DNA from: Phyllobates terribilis
Lineage: Eukaryota
Assembly (NCBI RefSeq): GCF_046119375.1
Contig: NW_027362764.1
Span: forward strand, 554,156,001-554,220,000
DNA length: 64,000 bases
Reading direction: 5' to 3'
In this document: positions 1 to 12,480 of the stretch, piece after piece
Numbering within the stretch: position 1 is the stretch's first letter
Layout: every line of letters begins with the position of its first letter
Notes under the pieces: generated by a model
Seen by the model: only the letters and a program-made list of their open reading frames with translations
Told to the model about the DNA's origin: nothing
The model's database searches: none
Position numbers and translations under genes: made by a program

Positions 1-1187
1 AATATCACCCTGTCTGCCTTACCATTAGTGTTGAGCCACCCCCGTAGTGTTCGAGTTCGGTTCGTCGAACACCCGTGTGTTTGCCGAACTGTTCGTCGAA
101 CTGTTCGTCGAACACCTTCGAACACCGTTGAAACCAATGGCAGGCTAACAAAAACACATAGAAACACATAGAAAACACCTTCAAATGTGTCCAAAACCTG
201 ACAAACTGCTCAGAAGACACAACTAACACAAGGAAAAGTGACAAGTACATATAGTCATGCGAAAAGAAAAGACGTGGAGGAGTAAAAGGAGGGGGAGACA
301 CAGATATAGGCATGTCATGCCCTTCTAAAACCAAAAAAGTGTGAAGCTGACACGGCCAGTCCGTTCCTGCCCGTGCGACCTCCGTGTCGCGGAGTTTGTG
401 CCAGAGCCGCGGTGGACCCTGACGGCCAGTCCCCCTCTCCCAATACTGGTGCCTGTCCGCTGGTGGGTCGAGCCCTCCCACGGTGGGGGGGGAGTAACAT
501 CTGCTGAAGAAAGACCATCTTCCAGCGAAACTAAGATGCCTACTTCTTTTCGTGGACAATGTGATACGATCCCTTTCTTACGGACACGCCCATCGCTACA
601 AATTCCAGATGAGGCACAAAAACAGCAGGTGCTTCAACGGATATCAAGTGCTCCTTCAAGTGGGCTCTCCTCCACCTCAACTTCAACATCACAAATACTC
701 CAGTCCTCAGAGGTGTCATCCCAATCGCACTTGCTTCCTCACAGCTCCCAAGTCTCCAGCTGCCCGTCTGAGTATGGGGTAACACAGATGGTTGAGTCTG
801 CACAGCTGTTTGCTCATACTATAGCCTGGGAAATGGAGGTCTGCTCCAGAGCTTCTGTTAATCCAGACGAGGAAATGATCTGCACTTATGCCCATTATCT
901 TTATAAGTCGGATCCAGGACCAGATGAAGAAGGTTCTGAGCATAATGTAGACCCTCGTTCCCAAACTGTAACTCCTGATGGTGGAGACAATGATGAAGAT
1001 GATGATGAGACTCAAATACCTGATTGGAGCGATAACTTGACTTTTCGGTCAGGGCAGGAAGAGGATGGCTCTGAGGACGACGGGTGTGAGAACACACAGG
1101 GTGATGATGACGAGGTTGGAGATCCCACTTACTGTCAACCCACAGTCAGCCAGTCGATGAGGTCAGCAGAGGATTTGGAGGAGGATG

Positions 1188-2289
1188 TGACTAGCCCAGG
1201 GGATGGGGATGACTCGTTACCCAGGCCTTTGCCTGGCCTTGGGGATGTTGCGGTGGTCAGCTCCCTGGCCCATACCCTGGGGTCACTCTTTAAAAGGGTG
1301 GATAATTGTTAATTTTATAAGAGTTCGTGACACCACCTGTGGTATCTGGTGAGAAGCACCAGCGCTGCAGCAGTCCACTGAGGCCGGTGATAAGGCAGCT
1401 CGATGGTATAGCTCGCCACAGGTGGAGCTAGGTCCCAGGGCAGCGTATGCAGGGGGAATGCAGGACAGGCAAGACCCAGCTGGGTCAGAGCAAGAACGTG
1501 AATGGACACGATAGTCGCTTCAGTACCTTTTACTGGTGGAAATTCAGGCACATCCCTGAGCACTGTAGGGTGAAGTGTGCATATCAGGATCCTCCCCAAT
1601 GAGCGGGTGTAGGGCCTCCTGTTTCTTGCCTCTGCGTAGTAAGTTTCTGACCTGCCTGGAGCTAGGCCTAACTTTGTCTCTGTCCTGCGCTGGCTGACCT
1701 TGTGGTAGGGCATTCTCTTGGAGTTCACGCTCCTAGTATGCGGGGCCTAAGAGTCTCCTGGCTCTGTTACGTATCAGCACGTTAGCGATCCTGGGACTTG
1801 TAGTTCTCCAGGGATTCCGGTTATGCCTTACTGGGTCATAGAGATCCCGGTAAGCTCGGATACGGTGTCCAGTAACTAACTCTCCACTCGCCTTCGGCCT
1901 ACTCGGGCCCTCACTAGGCTTTACACACTAACGGCAACTTGCTGCGCTTCACCGATCTTATGGTGCCGGCACACCTTAAGCTCTAACTGGGCTCCCTGAA
2001 TCTAGCTAACAGGAGCCTCATGCTCCACTGCTGAACTATTAACTGAGTTCTCTAGACTAGACTGAGCTCCACTGCAGACTGACCTCTCTTAGGCTTCTCT
2101 ACTGCAGGAACTCTTCAGAGGAACTGAACTGCCTAGCTCCACCTTCCCTATTTATATCCCTAACGGGCTCCCTCTGCTGGTCTGAGGTGGAAGGTGGAGA
2201 TGTGTGAATGTTTATGGGGGCCTCTTTTGGAGGATTCCATCAATGCACTCTTCTAGGATCTGTGATACCAAGCGCAGCGGGGCGTCACA
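1188..2289 (-). mobile_element. Solo LTR (Gypsy-like) inserted in the copy-1 transposase
   Basis: TGAC...CACA termini and 4-bp TSD GATG (1184-1187, 2290-2293). Transposase sequence resumes exactly after it. Minus-strand TATAAATA near 2150. Confidence 0.78.
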
Positions 2290-4036
2290 GATGCTATTGA
2301 CGGTGAGGTTATGTTGCACCTTCCTGGACAGAGACGGAGTACTGGAAGCACGTCAACAACTGCATCCTCAAACACAACTCTGCCTCTGACCACAAGTCGT
2401 AGTGGTTCTTCAGGTCATATGGGCTCTAAGCCTTGCATAGCCTGGGCATTTTTTCAGATCGATAAGGATGACCCAACTCGTGTTATCTGTAATATTTGTA
2501 ACCAAAAGCTAAGTAGAGGCCAAAAAATACTTAGTTTGAGTACTTCATGCATGTACCGTCACATGGATATGAAGCATAAGTTGCAGTGGGAAGCTCACTG
2601 TGCTACAATGCGGCGTAGCGGGCCGGGCCAACGACCGTCTGCCACATTTTGTGCATCCGCAGCCTCTTCATCCTCTGTGACTGGGGGGACAGCAGTCACA
2701 CATGTTTTTGGACGCAGACCTGCCACCTCTTTACCCCCAACAGCCAGTGTGATTAACAGGTCGTCAGTTCATTGGGAAGTGGAAACACCTGCAGGTGTTG
2801 AGCGCTCTCTGACATCGAGAGCACCATCTTTGGATCAAGGCAACCTTACATTGTCCGGCTGCATCTTCCTCGCAGACCAGCAGTTTGCCGGGGACAATCT
2901 ACTCAACCCCGTCTAGGCACAACAGCCAGCCCTCAGTCCCTCAGATGTGGAAAAGTAAAAGACCATTTTCTTTTAGCCATGACAAAGCTAAGAGGTTGAA
3001 TTTCACCATCTGCAAGCTGTTGGCTACAGAAATGCTGCCTTTCCGCCTGGAGGACACAGAGGATTTTCGAGACCTTATGTCCGTCGCAGTGCCCCAGTAC
3101 CAGATGCCCAGTCGGCACTACTTCTCAAAGAAAGGTGTGCCTGCGCTCCACCAGCATGTCGCACACAACATCACCGCTTCTTTGAGAAACTCTGTGTGTG
3201 ACAGGGTGCATTTCACCACAGACACTTGGACGAGTAGGCATGGACAGGGGTGTTACATGTCACTGACTGGGCACTGGGTAACTATGGTGACAGCAGGACA
3301 AGGGGCAGCTGTCCAAGTCTTACCGTCCCCACGAGTTGTGCGTCAATCCTCTTTATGTCAAAGTTCCTTCACTGCTTCTGCCTCCTCAACCTCCTCTCGG
3401 TCCTCCACCTGCACCCAAAGCCTGTCTGGTAATGCCACCTGCTTTCTAACTGCGCAGAAGGAATAATGCACACCTCCCTACTATGCTGGCAGCAGGGCTC
3501 AACGGCATCAGATTTTACATTGAAATGTCTGGGAAATGTGAGTCACACAGCTGAGGAGTTGTGGTCAGCTCTGGAGACCCAGTTTCATGAATGGTTGTCT
3601 CCACTGGACCTGAAACCAGGGAAGGCCGTGTGTGACAATGCTGCAAACCTGGAGTGCGGCCCTTCGCCGGGGCAATGTCACACACGTGCCTTGTATGGCT
3701 CACGTGTTGAACCTGGTTGTCCAGCAATTTTTAGCCCACTATCCCGGACGAGATGGCCTTCTGCAGAGGGCACGGTCGCTGTGTGCTCACTACCGCCGTT
3801 CGCATTCCACAACTCAACGACTTACATCTCTACAGAAGTCGTTGGGCCTGCAAGTTCACCGGCTGAAATGCAATGTGCCGACACGGTGGAATTCAACTCT
3901 GCACTTGTTGCAGCAACTGTGGCAGCACCGACAAGCCCTGGTGCAATACGTTCTGACGTATAGCTTTGGCCAACGACATCCAGAGGTGGGGCAAATCACG
4001 CTGCAGGAGTGGTCTCAGATCAGGGACCTATGAAGT

Positions 4037-5220
4037 TGACGCGCCCCCTGGGCCGTAGGGTACCTGGAGCCTGGCCGGTAGACGCTGGGGGTTGTAATCA
4101 CTGTGGCGGTGACCCGGTCCGTGACCCAGGGCGGTCAATTCAAGGGTAATTTGTATTTATGGGTTTTATAATGTCCGACTACGCCACCTGTGGAGTGCGG
4201 CCAAAGGGGCCGCGGCTGCGGAACAGTCCTCTGAAGCTGGTGGTTTTGCAGCAATGGTATTATTACTCCTCACAGGAAGAGTGTAGCTTCAGGGCAGTGT
4301 GGGTGGATGATGGTGGTTGTAGTGCAGGGAGTCAGTAATGAACACAGAGTCCGTGTGTTGCAGTCCCAAGATCTTTACTCACAGTTGTTGCAGTCCAGAT
4401 TACAGGTACCAGAGCAATCTACCCCGTCGTGCTGTGCGTACTCAGTGAGGGGCTCAGTCCACCCCCAGACAGCTCCGGAGTACTTAGCAGGACCCCCTTC
4501 TGTGTGTCCTTTCTCTGGCCTTCTCCCTGAACCTCACACCCAGTGACACTTCTATCCGGTATCCTCGGGCCTTGGCGGGCGACGTGTGTTCCGTTCCCTG
4601 GGTCCTATGTGGCTACCTTCTTAGTGAGACTGGTGTTGGCTTTGGCCTGCAGTACATGAAATGCTGCAGCCTCCGGTTTCTACTTGAGCCTTGCTGTTTC
4701 TCCGCTAGCTGAGGGACTGGTTCCCCTTATCTGGCCTGACCCCTCTACCTCCTGGTAGCAGCGGGAGTACGGGTGGCCTTCTGCATGGCCCATACCCCTA
4801 GGGTCCCTTCGGTTCCTGGAGCCTTCCTGCTCCCACTCCTCTCTTCTCTCCTTCAGTCCTGGGCCTCCCAGGCTAGGCCCGCCTCCGGAGCAGAGCTCAT
4901 GCAGAGCCTCTGTTCCTGTCACTTTTCCTCCTCTGACTGGCTTGCTCTTTCTAAGATGGCTTCCTATTTATACTCTCCCTGTCATGTGCTCCCCTAAGCT
5001 GCTCCCCTAAGCACTCACTACATAGGACCCTCCCGCCAGCTATGGACCTGGGACTGTGCTCTCCCTTAGGAGCAATCTCGCCCTATCCCCACTGTGGGTA
5101 TGTGTTGGATGCAGGTGTTAGGGTCCCAAGCCATATGCCTTCCTTACCTGAGGGTGAGATACTACACCTCTGGGTGAGATGCAGTAACTCTGTGGCGACT
5201 TAACCCTCAGGGGCGCCACA
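4037..5220 (-). mobile_element. Solo LTR (second family) inserted in the copy-1 transposase
   Basis: TGACGCGCCCC...GGGGCGCCACA termini. Minus-strand TATAAATA (~4970) then AGTAAA (~4378). Homologous to the LTRs at 31469 and 59358. TSD is not clean (AAGT left, CACC right). Confidence 0.75.
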
Positions 5221-6470
5221 CACCCTTCTGCACAGTTTTGAAATGGCGACGAAGATGTTTAGTGCTGACGACGATGCCATTATCAGCATGACTATTCCGG
5301 TGATTTACATGCTGGAGCACACATTAAACAGAATTCAGAGTCAGGTGGTGGGACAAGAGGAGGTGGAGGAAGTAGAGGAGGAGTCGTATGCGGAAGGGAT
5401 AACATCTCCAAGGTCCAGACGGTCGGCAGCACCAAGGCGGCAGGCATGGAAGGATGGGGGAGAGAGATTAACCAGGGCGCATGGTAGCAGCCAAACTGTT
5501 GAGGAAGGTGCAGGAGCCGAGAAAGAAGTGGAGGACGAACTGGCGATGGGCATGGAAGACTCATCAGATGAGGGAGACCTTGATCACATTTCTGTTGTGC
5601 GAGGTTGGGGGGAGAGGGCAGAGGAAGGAAGCATGATTCTTACCTCACTACCAACACAACAAGGACTTTGTCCTCCTGGATGTGCAAGACACATGAGTAC
5701 CTTCTTGCTGCACTACCTGCAACATGACCCTCGGATTATCAGAATTCGAAGTAATCCCGACTACTGGGTTGCCACACTCTTAGATCCCCGGTACAAAAGT
5801 AAATTTGATGAAATAATTCCTGCCATAAAAAGGGATTTACGCATGCAGGAGTATCTGCAGACACTGTTGTAGAATTTACATGTGCTTTTCCACAAAACAC
5901 CAGTGGTGCACGTAGTGAATCTCACAGTTCTAACTTGCCAACCGTGGGACTGTCGAGTCTTCATCACTCAAACCGTAACAGTATCACAGTATCTGCTGGT
6001 AACAGCAATTTTGTGGAATCATTTCACCACTTTTTTAGACCATCCTTTGCAAGGCCACAGGAGACAAGAAGTATGACACATAGTCAATGCCTAGAGAGGA
6101 TGGTGCAGGAGTATCTTCAAATGAACATCGAAGCCATGACTGTGTCACTGGACCCTTGCTCATTTTGGGATTCCAATCTGGAAAAATGTCCGGAGCTCGC
6201 CACTCACGCCTTGGAGATCTTGTCATGCCCTGCAGCCAGCATTCTCTCTGAACGTGTGTTCAGCGCTGCTGGTGGTGTGCTGACTGATAAGCGCACGCGG
6301 CTGTCCACTGAGAATGTAGACAGACTCACGTTCATAAAGATGAACAAATAATAGATTCGCAAGGACTTTTCTACCCCTGTGTCATCCTGGGGAGACTAAA
6401 AGCTTGAGGATTTGGTAAAATCACCTCACCACCCGTTTTAAGCAACTGTTGGGCAATTGATGCCACTTAA

Positions 6471-6686
6471 CCCTAGAACGCATGACCATAAAAATCTACA
6501 CTTTCACATACCTGGGATCTTTTAGGCCCGTGTGCAAATAACATGGAATAACTCAAACTCAAATGACAAACAGCTATATACCTAAAGAATACCTAGAGTT
6601 TCAAAATTCTAACTAATGTAATCTTGCAGAAAATAGAAAACAATTAACAGGGCGGGCCTGCGAGGCCCCAGGTATGCATTCTAGGG
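6471..6686. mobile_element. piggyBac-type MITE
   Basis: TTAA|CCCTAGAACGCAT ... ATGCATTCTAGGG|TTAA: 13-bp TIR with one mismatch and TTAA TSD; 216 bp. Confidence 0.85.
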
Positions 6687-7282
6687 TTAAGTGGTGTTTG
6701 TACCACAATTTTGTGGAAAAATGGAGACTCTTTATGGAGTCCCCTTGCTGTGTCTTACGTGACGTTGGCATCGTCAATTCCAGGTGGGTTGGGTCGCCCC
6801 CCCCCCCCTTTTATCTGTAAGAAACTACATACACTATGGCTTGGGTTAACACAGATGGTTGAGTCTGAAGAGCTGTTTACTCAGAGGTCTGCTCCAAAGC
6901 TTCAGTGTCTGCTAGTCAGCGTAGAATTTTTAACTGCATCTAGCCTAGGCAATACTTTGGGCATAGTAGCCCAGCTGTGAAGCAAGCTGCACTGCCTGTG
7001 TATCTAATAAGAATTTTTAAATGCATCTAGCCTAGGCAGACTGTGGGGACCCCCATCCAAACCCAGATGCTCAGCCCCCCTACCGCCCCCCTTTCCTTGA
7101 CAATACAATAATGTAACTCTTACAACTGGATGGGTGAGGATCGGTCACAGCTTTATTAACTCTTTATACTCATTCCATTAGAAAGGCATTTTATTTCTAA
7201 AATAATTCAGCTTGTTGCAGCATGCCCTAGGTCTCCACTCCGGCAAGTTGGCCAACAAGTGTAACTCTCCAACATGTCCTTT

Positions 7283-7935
7283 CTATTTCCAGGCCACGGA
7301 GGATTCTGCGTACTCGTATGCAGGACTCTGACCCCCACCCATCACTCTTAACGCTTGTTCCACTCCGTCCGGGAGTCCTGACAGGAATATGTCCAGTCCA
7401 ATATGCATTAAGTGAACACCGTCGGGCCGTATGAGGCCTGCTTTATCTCCTTCCAGTTGTCGGTGTCTTATCACTACACCACCTCTGTCTCTTCTAAATT
7501 TTGCCATCCGAATATTTATTACCCGCCTTGTCCGTTCGATGGCCGTGATGTCTCGCGCACCTTGCCATACCGCTATCGGCACAATCTCTGATCATACTAT
7601 AGCTAGTTTTGTGAAAAATTCTCTGAAGCGCTCAGTGTCTAGTTTCATTATTGCCATTAGTTATGCGCTCTTGTGATGACCTAGGTTGTTTCCCCCGGCT
7701 TGTATATCTAAGATGACCAGACCTCTTGCCTCTCTCCCTACCTTGATTACCTCCATTAGTACCTGTGGCCATAGCAGGCCTCTAATACCTCTCCAGTTGA
7801 AATATGTGTTATGAAACTCTAATTTCCTCCCGCCTGGGCGGACTTTCGCCCTTTTTTCTGCCCAATATATATACGAGTGGCCTATCACAAACACTGTTGG
7901 CTTAGCGTCACCTGTAAAAGAAACAAACCACGTTC
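7283..7935 (-). pseudogene. SGNH/GDSL-like hydrolase ORF remnant
   Basis: VFVIGHSYIYWA (block I), QAGGNNLG (block III) and PDGVHL (block V) across ORFs 7661-7981 and 7283-7582. Confidence 0.75.
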
Positions 7936-7939
7936 GGAT

Positions 7940-8819
7940 AACAAGTCCGGTCTTATGTATCTCGCCAAACACGTGGATCACCTTCTCCCTATCCTCTGAA
8001 CTTCCGTTTCTGAAGGCCTGCTCTTGCTGCTTCCGTGGCCGCGCCTATGCGGAATGAGTGTGTCCCGTAATCTTTGGGGTGGTTCCCTGCCGATGTTATG
8101 CATTTATTAAATATAGCTTGGAACTGGTATCTTGATAATGGCGTTCCATCAATGTGTGATAGGAAGAAATTACTTTGTGATCTGATGGTTAGATATGATT
8201 TTACTATTGTTACCCGACTCAGTGTACCATTTGTGGGTTGTAGAAGTACCCAAGTGCCCCTGCCTGCTGGAACTGTTTTCGATTGGCGTATGCGTAGACG
8301 TATTGCATTATTGGCTATGACTTCGTCCTGGTGTAATAAGCCTCCACTGGTGGTAATTTTGGATTGAGGGACTAATTCGCTTATGCATAGCACCTCGAAG
8401 AAGGTGATCACAAATGCAGTAGACAATAGTGTTGCTTCAAATTGTGAGTGTCATGTTAATGGTGTTAGGGATATGATGTGAGAAATCAGTTTTAGTGACA
8501 CGGGACAGGACGTCTACTCTCCTGACTTGGCTGACCCCTTTTCCACCCTTTTATGGATTGTCTGATGATGAATCTTTGTCACATCTCCCCAATTCAGTAG
8601 TTGGAAGTGAAATGCTACTCTGGTCAGACACCGCTGCGCTGATGCCCCTGATATGCCCCTCTTCATTAGCTGGTGGAGAAATTCTATGGTGACTTGTGAT
8701 CTGGCTGGTTCACATTGGTCAACCCGTCTGCCTGCTACTACTCGTGTCCACTCTTCCCATGCCTTACCGTATGCTTGCCATGTCAACGGGGCAACTGACG
8801 CTCTGATTAATGGCATCAA
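7940..8819 (-). pseudogene. Tyrosine recombinase remnant (DIRS/Ngaro type)
   Basis: IRQSKT and YGTHSFRIGAATEAA (H-x-x-R box). After a frameshift, QRIGRR*S...RYIRPDL carries the catalytic Tyr. N-terminal TWQAYGKAWEEW core-binding region. Confidence 0.88.
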
Positions 8820-8889
8820 CTATTCGCCACTAGATCCCATAGGGAGGGTGGGCAACTGTTGCCCGATGGGTGGGCATTGGGGAAGAGCT

Positions 8890-9135
8890 CTGTGAAAATC
8901 TGCCAATTGAATTGTTATAAAGCGTTAGCAGCAGCTTTAGACCCCTCAGCATAGTGGCTAGCGCGGACCTATACATTGTGTTTTAGGCACAGGAATGCTA
9001 GCCGGCGGAGTAGGCCTAGCACTGGGAGAGACAATGATGCCATCTTATTAATGCAATGCGCTAGGTGGGTGTTTTATGTTATGAAGCGTATATTTTTGTT
9101 AGCCAGGCGCGCGCCCCATATTTCTATTGCTACCA
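8890..9135 (-). pseudogene. DIRS/Ngaro RNase H remnant
   Basis: Manual minus-strand translation: VVAIEIWGARLANKNIRFIT*NTHLAHCINK...LLRRLAFLCLKHNV*VRASH, with in-frame stops. Confidence 0.75.
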
Positions 9136-9139
9136 CTTT

Positions 9140-9872
9140 TGGGAAGAAAAATTTTTTTCAGGGCTAGATGCAGCTAAAAATTATTATTAATTTCAAAGCT
9201 GGTGGAGCTTGGTATAGATGGCCTAATAAAATGAGTACCACACACTGTTACAAGACCAAATATTTTTTCAGAGCTAGATGCAGATAAAAATTATTTTTAA
9301 TTTGCAACCTGGTGGAAGTTAGTATAGATGGACTAATAGACCAAGTCCCACACACTGCTAGAAGCCTAAATAATTTTTCAGAGCTAGATGCAGATAAAAA
9401 TTATATTGAATTTGCAACCTGATGGAGGTCAGTATAGATGGACTAATAGAACAAGTCCCACACACTGCTAGAAGCTGAAATATTTTTTCAGAGCTAGATG
9501 CAGAAAAAAATTATATTGAATTTGCAACCTGATGGAGGTTAGTATAGATGGACTAATAGAACAAGTCCCACACACTGCTAGAAGCCTAAATATTTTAAAA
9601 AATTATATTGAATTTGCAACCTGATGGAGGTCAGTATAGATGGACCAATAGAACAAGTCCCACACACTGCTAGAAGCCTAAATATTTTTTCAGAGCTAGA
9701 TGCAGAAAAAAATTATATTGAATATGCAACCTGATGGAGGTCAGTATAGATGGACTAATAGAACAAGTCCCACACACTGCTAGAAGCCTAAATATTTTTT
9801 CAGAGCTCGATGCAGAAAAATATTATATTGAATTTGCAACCTGGTGGAGGTTAGTATAGATGGACTAATAGA
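9140..9872 (-). repeat. Internal ~110-bp tandem array of hAT copy 1 (~7 units)
   Basis: Repeated CTAGATGCAG...GTATAGATGGACTAATAG; reverse complement of the arrays at 23136 and 51336. Confidence 0.92.
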
Positions 9873-10906
9873 ATGATGCTATGCCCAAAAGGTTTTACTT
9901 CACTAGGTGCAGTAAAAAAAATTGTATTCTATACACCGGTGGTATATCTTGCAACACAGATAGGCTACTCCACTGACTAACACACTCTGCAATAGGCCAA
10001 AAAATGATTTGCCTTGCTAGATTTAGCCAAATGCTGTGAAAAAAACTTGCACAGCACTAAAACAGGCCTGCCTGGCAAAAAGTGATAGGAAATGATGTAA
10101 CCTAGCCCTGAAAAGGACTGCAATTACAATTAGTCTTTACTCCCAACCTATCTATTTAAGAGCACAGACCTGCCTGAAAAAAGTCGTATGAAATGATGTA
10201 ACCTAGTCCTTAAAAGGACTGCAATCACAAATCTTCCCTACTCCCAAGCTATCTGTAGATTTGTGTGAAAATTGGCTTGAAATTAACAAAGTATAGCGCA
10301 CACAGCAACAGCGGTGCCGTCTAACACGCAGCAGTGAGAAAATAGTGGCGACGGGGAAAATGGCTGGGTCTTATAGGGCAAGGACTTGTGACATACACTG
10401 CCAATGACACATGCCCTTGCTTGTGTGAGAAAAAGCAGTTCGCTCCGTGTGTGCGCTGCTGACAGGCTGACAGATTGCACCTCCCCACTGTAAATGCGGG
10501 AAAGAGATCCATCCCCTGCCCCTCCCCCCGCCCCGCTGTACACTCAAACTGCGTATTAACATTAATTTTCAGCATTACCGAGAAAAAATCCAGGTATGAT
10601 TTTGGTGCATGAACAGTTATCGAACATAACCTCGAACTGCCGAATTTTTTTCAAATCGTTCGTGTTCGCCGAACGGCTCGAACACCGCCCAAAACAGCTC
10701 GAAATTGAGATTGGCGAACAGTTCGAGTCGAACACCGCTCATCTCTACTTACCATCCCTATATTGGTTCCTCGCCAATCGCCGAACAGGAAACCTAAGCC
10801 CTGCATATGCCTAGAGCTAGGCCCTGGATAGGGAAGGGGGGATGAGCACTCGTCAGTCCCCACTATAAACTAAAGACAGCAAGGGAGAAAAAACCCAGGG
10901 GGAGAA

Positions 10907-10960
10907 ACACCCGAGCGTGCTCGGTTAACCCCTTAACCGAGCACATTCGAGCATCACTAG
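10907..10960. mobile_element. Terminal remnant of a hAT-type MITE (duplicated at ~14885-14938)
   Basis: CCCGAGCGTGCTCGG...CCGAGCACATTCGAGCATCACTA ending, resembling the TAGTGATG-type hAT TIR and the MITE at 46271. Confidence 0.45.
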
Positions 10961-11399
10961 TTGCCAGCAGTGAATCTTGTGCGCTCAAGTGAATTCAGTT
11001 TAGCTGAACATTCCAAAGACAACCATTAATAACCTTGTTGAAAGCATTATAAGGCATGTGTGATGCTGAGTCACTTATCACGGACAAGCCATGAGTCGGG
11101 AAGTCAAGGAGTCCAAGGTTAATGTGTTGCATGATATGTAAATCTGATGATGCCACAGAAGTAGGATAGTGAATTGACTGGCTTAACTTGTCACATATAA
11201 TACCACATATAATACCATTGAGCATTGAAGCAGGTCCAATGTACTGTACACTGTCTCTTTGGCTACAGATAGGATAGAAGTGATGTTGGCGCAGTATATG
11301 CCAACATTATATTTTCTGCCATGAACATTGACCCATTCAATTCAGAATAGTTATAGCTGAGTACATAATGTGCTTTAGATTTGTCATATACATTGTGTA

Positions 11400-12480
11400 C
11401 AGTACAGACCAAAAGTTTTGACACACCTACTCATTAAAAGATTTTTCTGTATTTTCATGACTATGAAAAATGTATATTCACACTGAAAGCATCAAAACTA
11501 TGAATTAACACATGTGGAATTATATACGTAACAAAAAAGTGTGAAACAACTGAAAATATGTCTTTTATTCTAGGTTCTTCAAAGTAGCCACCTTTTGCTT
11601 TGATGACTGCATTGCACACTCTTGGCATTCTCTTGATGAGCTTCAAGAGGCAGTCACCGGAAATGGTCTTCCAACAATCTTGAAGGAGTTCCCAGAGATG
11701 CTTAGCACTTGTTGGCCCTTTTGCCTTCACTCTGTGGTCCAGCTCACCCCAAACCATCTCGATTGGGTTCAGGTCTGGTGACTGTGGAGGCCAAGTCATC
11801 TGGCATAGCACCCCATCACTCTCCTTCTTGGTCAAAAAGCCCTTGCACAGCCTGGAGGTGTGTTTTGGGTCATTGTCCTGTTGAAAAAAAAATGATGATC
11901 CAACTAAACGCAAACCAGATGGAATAGCATGCCGCTGCAAGATGCTTTCAGTATGCCTTCAATTTTGAATAAATCCCCAACAGTGTCACCAGCAAAGCAC
12001 CCCCACACCATCACACCTCCTCCTCCATTCTTCACGGTGGGAACCAGGCATGTAGAGTCCATCCGTTCACCTTTTCTGCGTCGCACAAAGACACAGTGGT
12101 TGGAATCAAAGATCTCAAATTTGGACTCACTAGACCAAAGCACAGATTTCCACTGGTCTAATGTCAATTCCTTGTGTTCTTTAGCCCAAGCATGTCTCTT
12201 CAACTTGTTGCCTGTCCTTAGCAGTGGTTTCCTAGCAGCTATTTTACCATGAAGGCCTGCTGCACAAAGTCTCCTCTTAACAGTTGTTGAAGAGATATGT
12301 CTGCTGCTAGAACTCTGTGTGGCATTGACCTGGTCTCTAATCTGAGCTGCTGTTAACCTGCGATTTCTGAGGCTGGTGACTCTGATAAACTTATCCTCAG
12401 AAGCAGAGGTGACTCTTGGTCTTCCTTTCCTGGGGCGGTCCTCATGTGAGCCAGTTTCTTTGTAGCGCTTGATGGTTTTT
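11400..12480 (-). mobile_element. Tc1-like element, one-ended copy created by the tandem duplication
   Basis: TA|CAGTACAGACCAAAAG TIR. Carries QQDNDPKH and WPPQSPDLNPIE. Cut at the duplication junction 12480. Confidence 0.9.

Larger units (their letters stand above)
494..6399 (+). pseudogene. hAT transposase pseudogene (BED finger + DDE + C-terminal dimerisation domain), 5'-truncated, frameshifted, split by two LTRs
   Basis: ORF pieces carry CNICNQ...HMDMKH (BED), FTTDTWTS, VCDNAANL, CMAHVLNL, TRWNST, LLDPRY and LSERVFS. Collinear with the 1233-aa ORF of copies 2/3 from about codon 32. Confidence 0.95.
7050..9135 (-). mobile_element. Ngaro/DIRS-type tyrosine-recombinase retrotransposon 3' fragment (RNase H - YR - SGNH hydrolase), cargo of hAT copy 1
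   Basis: Three collinear degraded domains on the minus strand (see sub-features). The RT portion is absent because the fragment is cut off at the VNTR. The 7050 boundary is approximate. Confidence 0.85.
26..10747 (-). mobile_element. Large composite hAT DNA transposon, copy 1 (ends in minus orientation, rearranged interior)
   Basis: TAGTGTTGAGC at 26 and GCTCATCTCTA ending at 10747. Identical 8-bp flanks CTTACCAT (18-25, 10748-10755). Both subterminal regions are reverse-complement homologues of the ends of copies 2 and 3. Confidence 0.92.

Noticed and set aside
7940-8819. Phage integrase or Crypton
   Set aside because: The adjacent RNase H and SGNH remnants give the DIRS/Ngaro retroelement layout.
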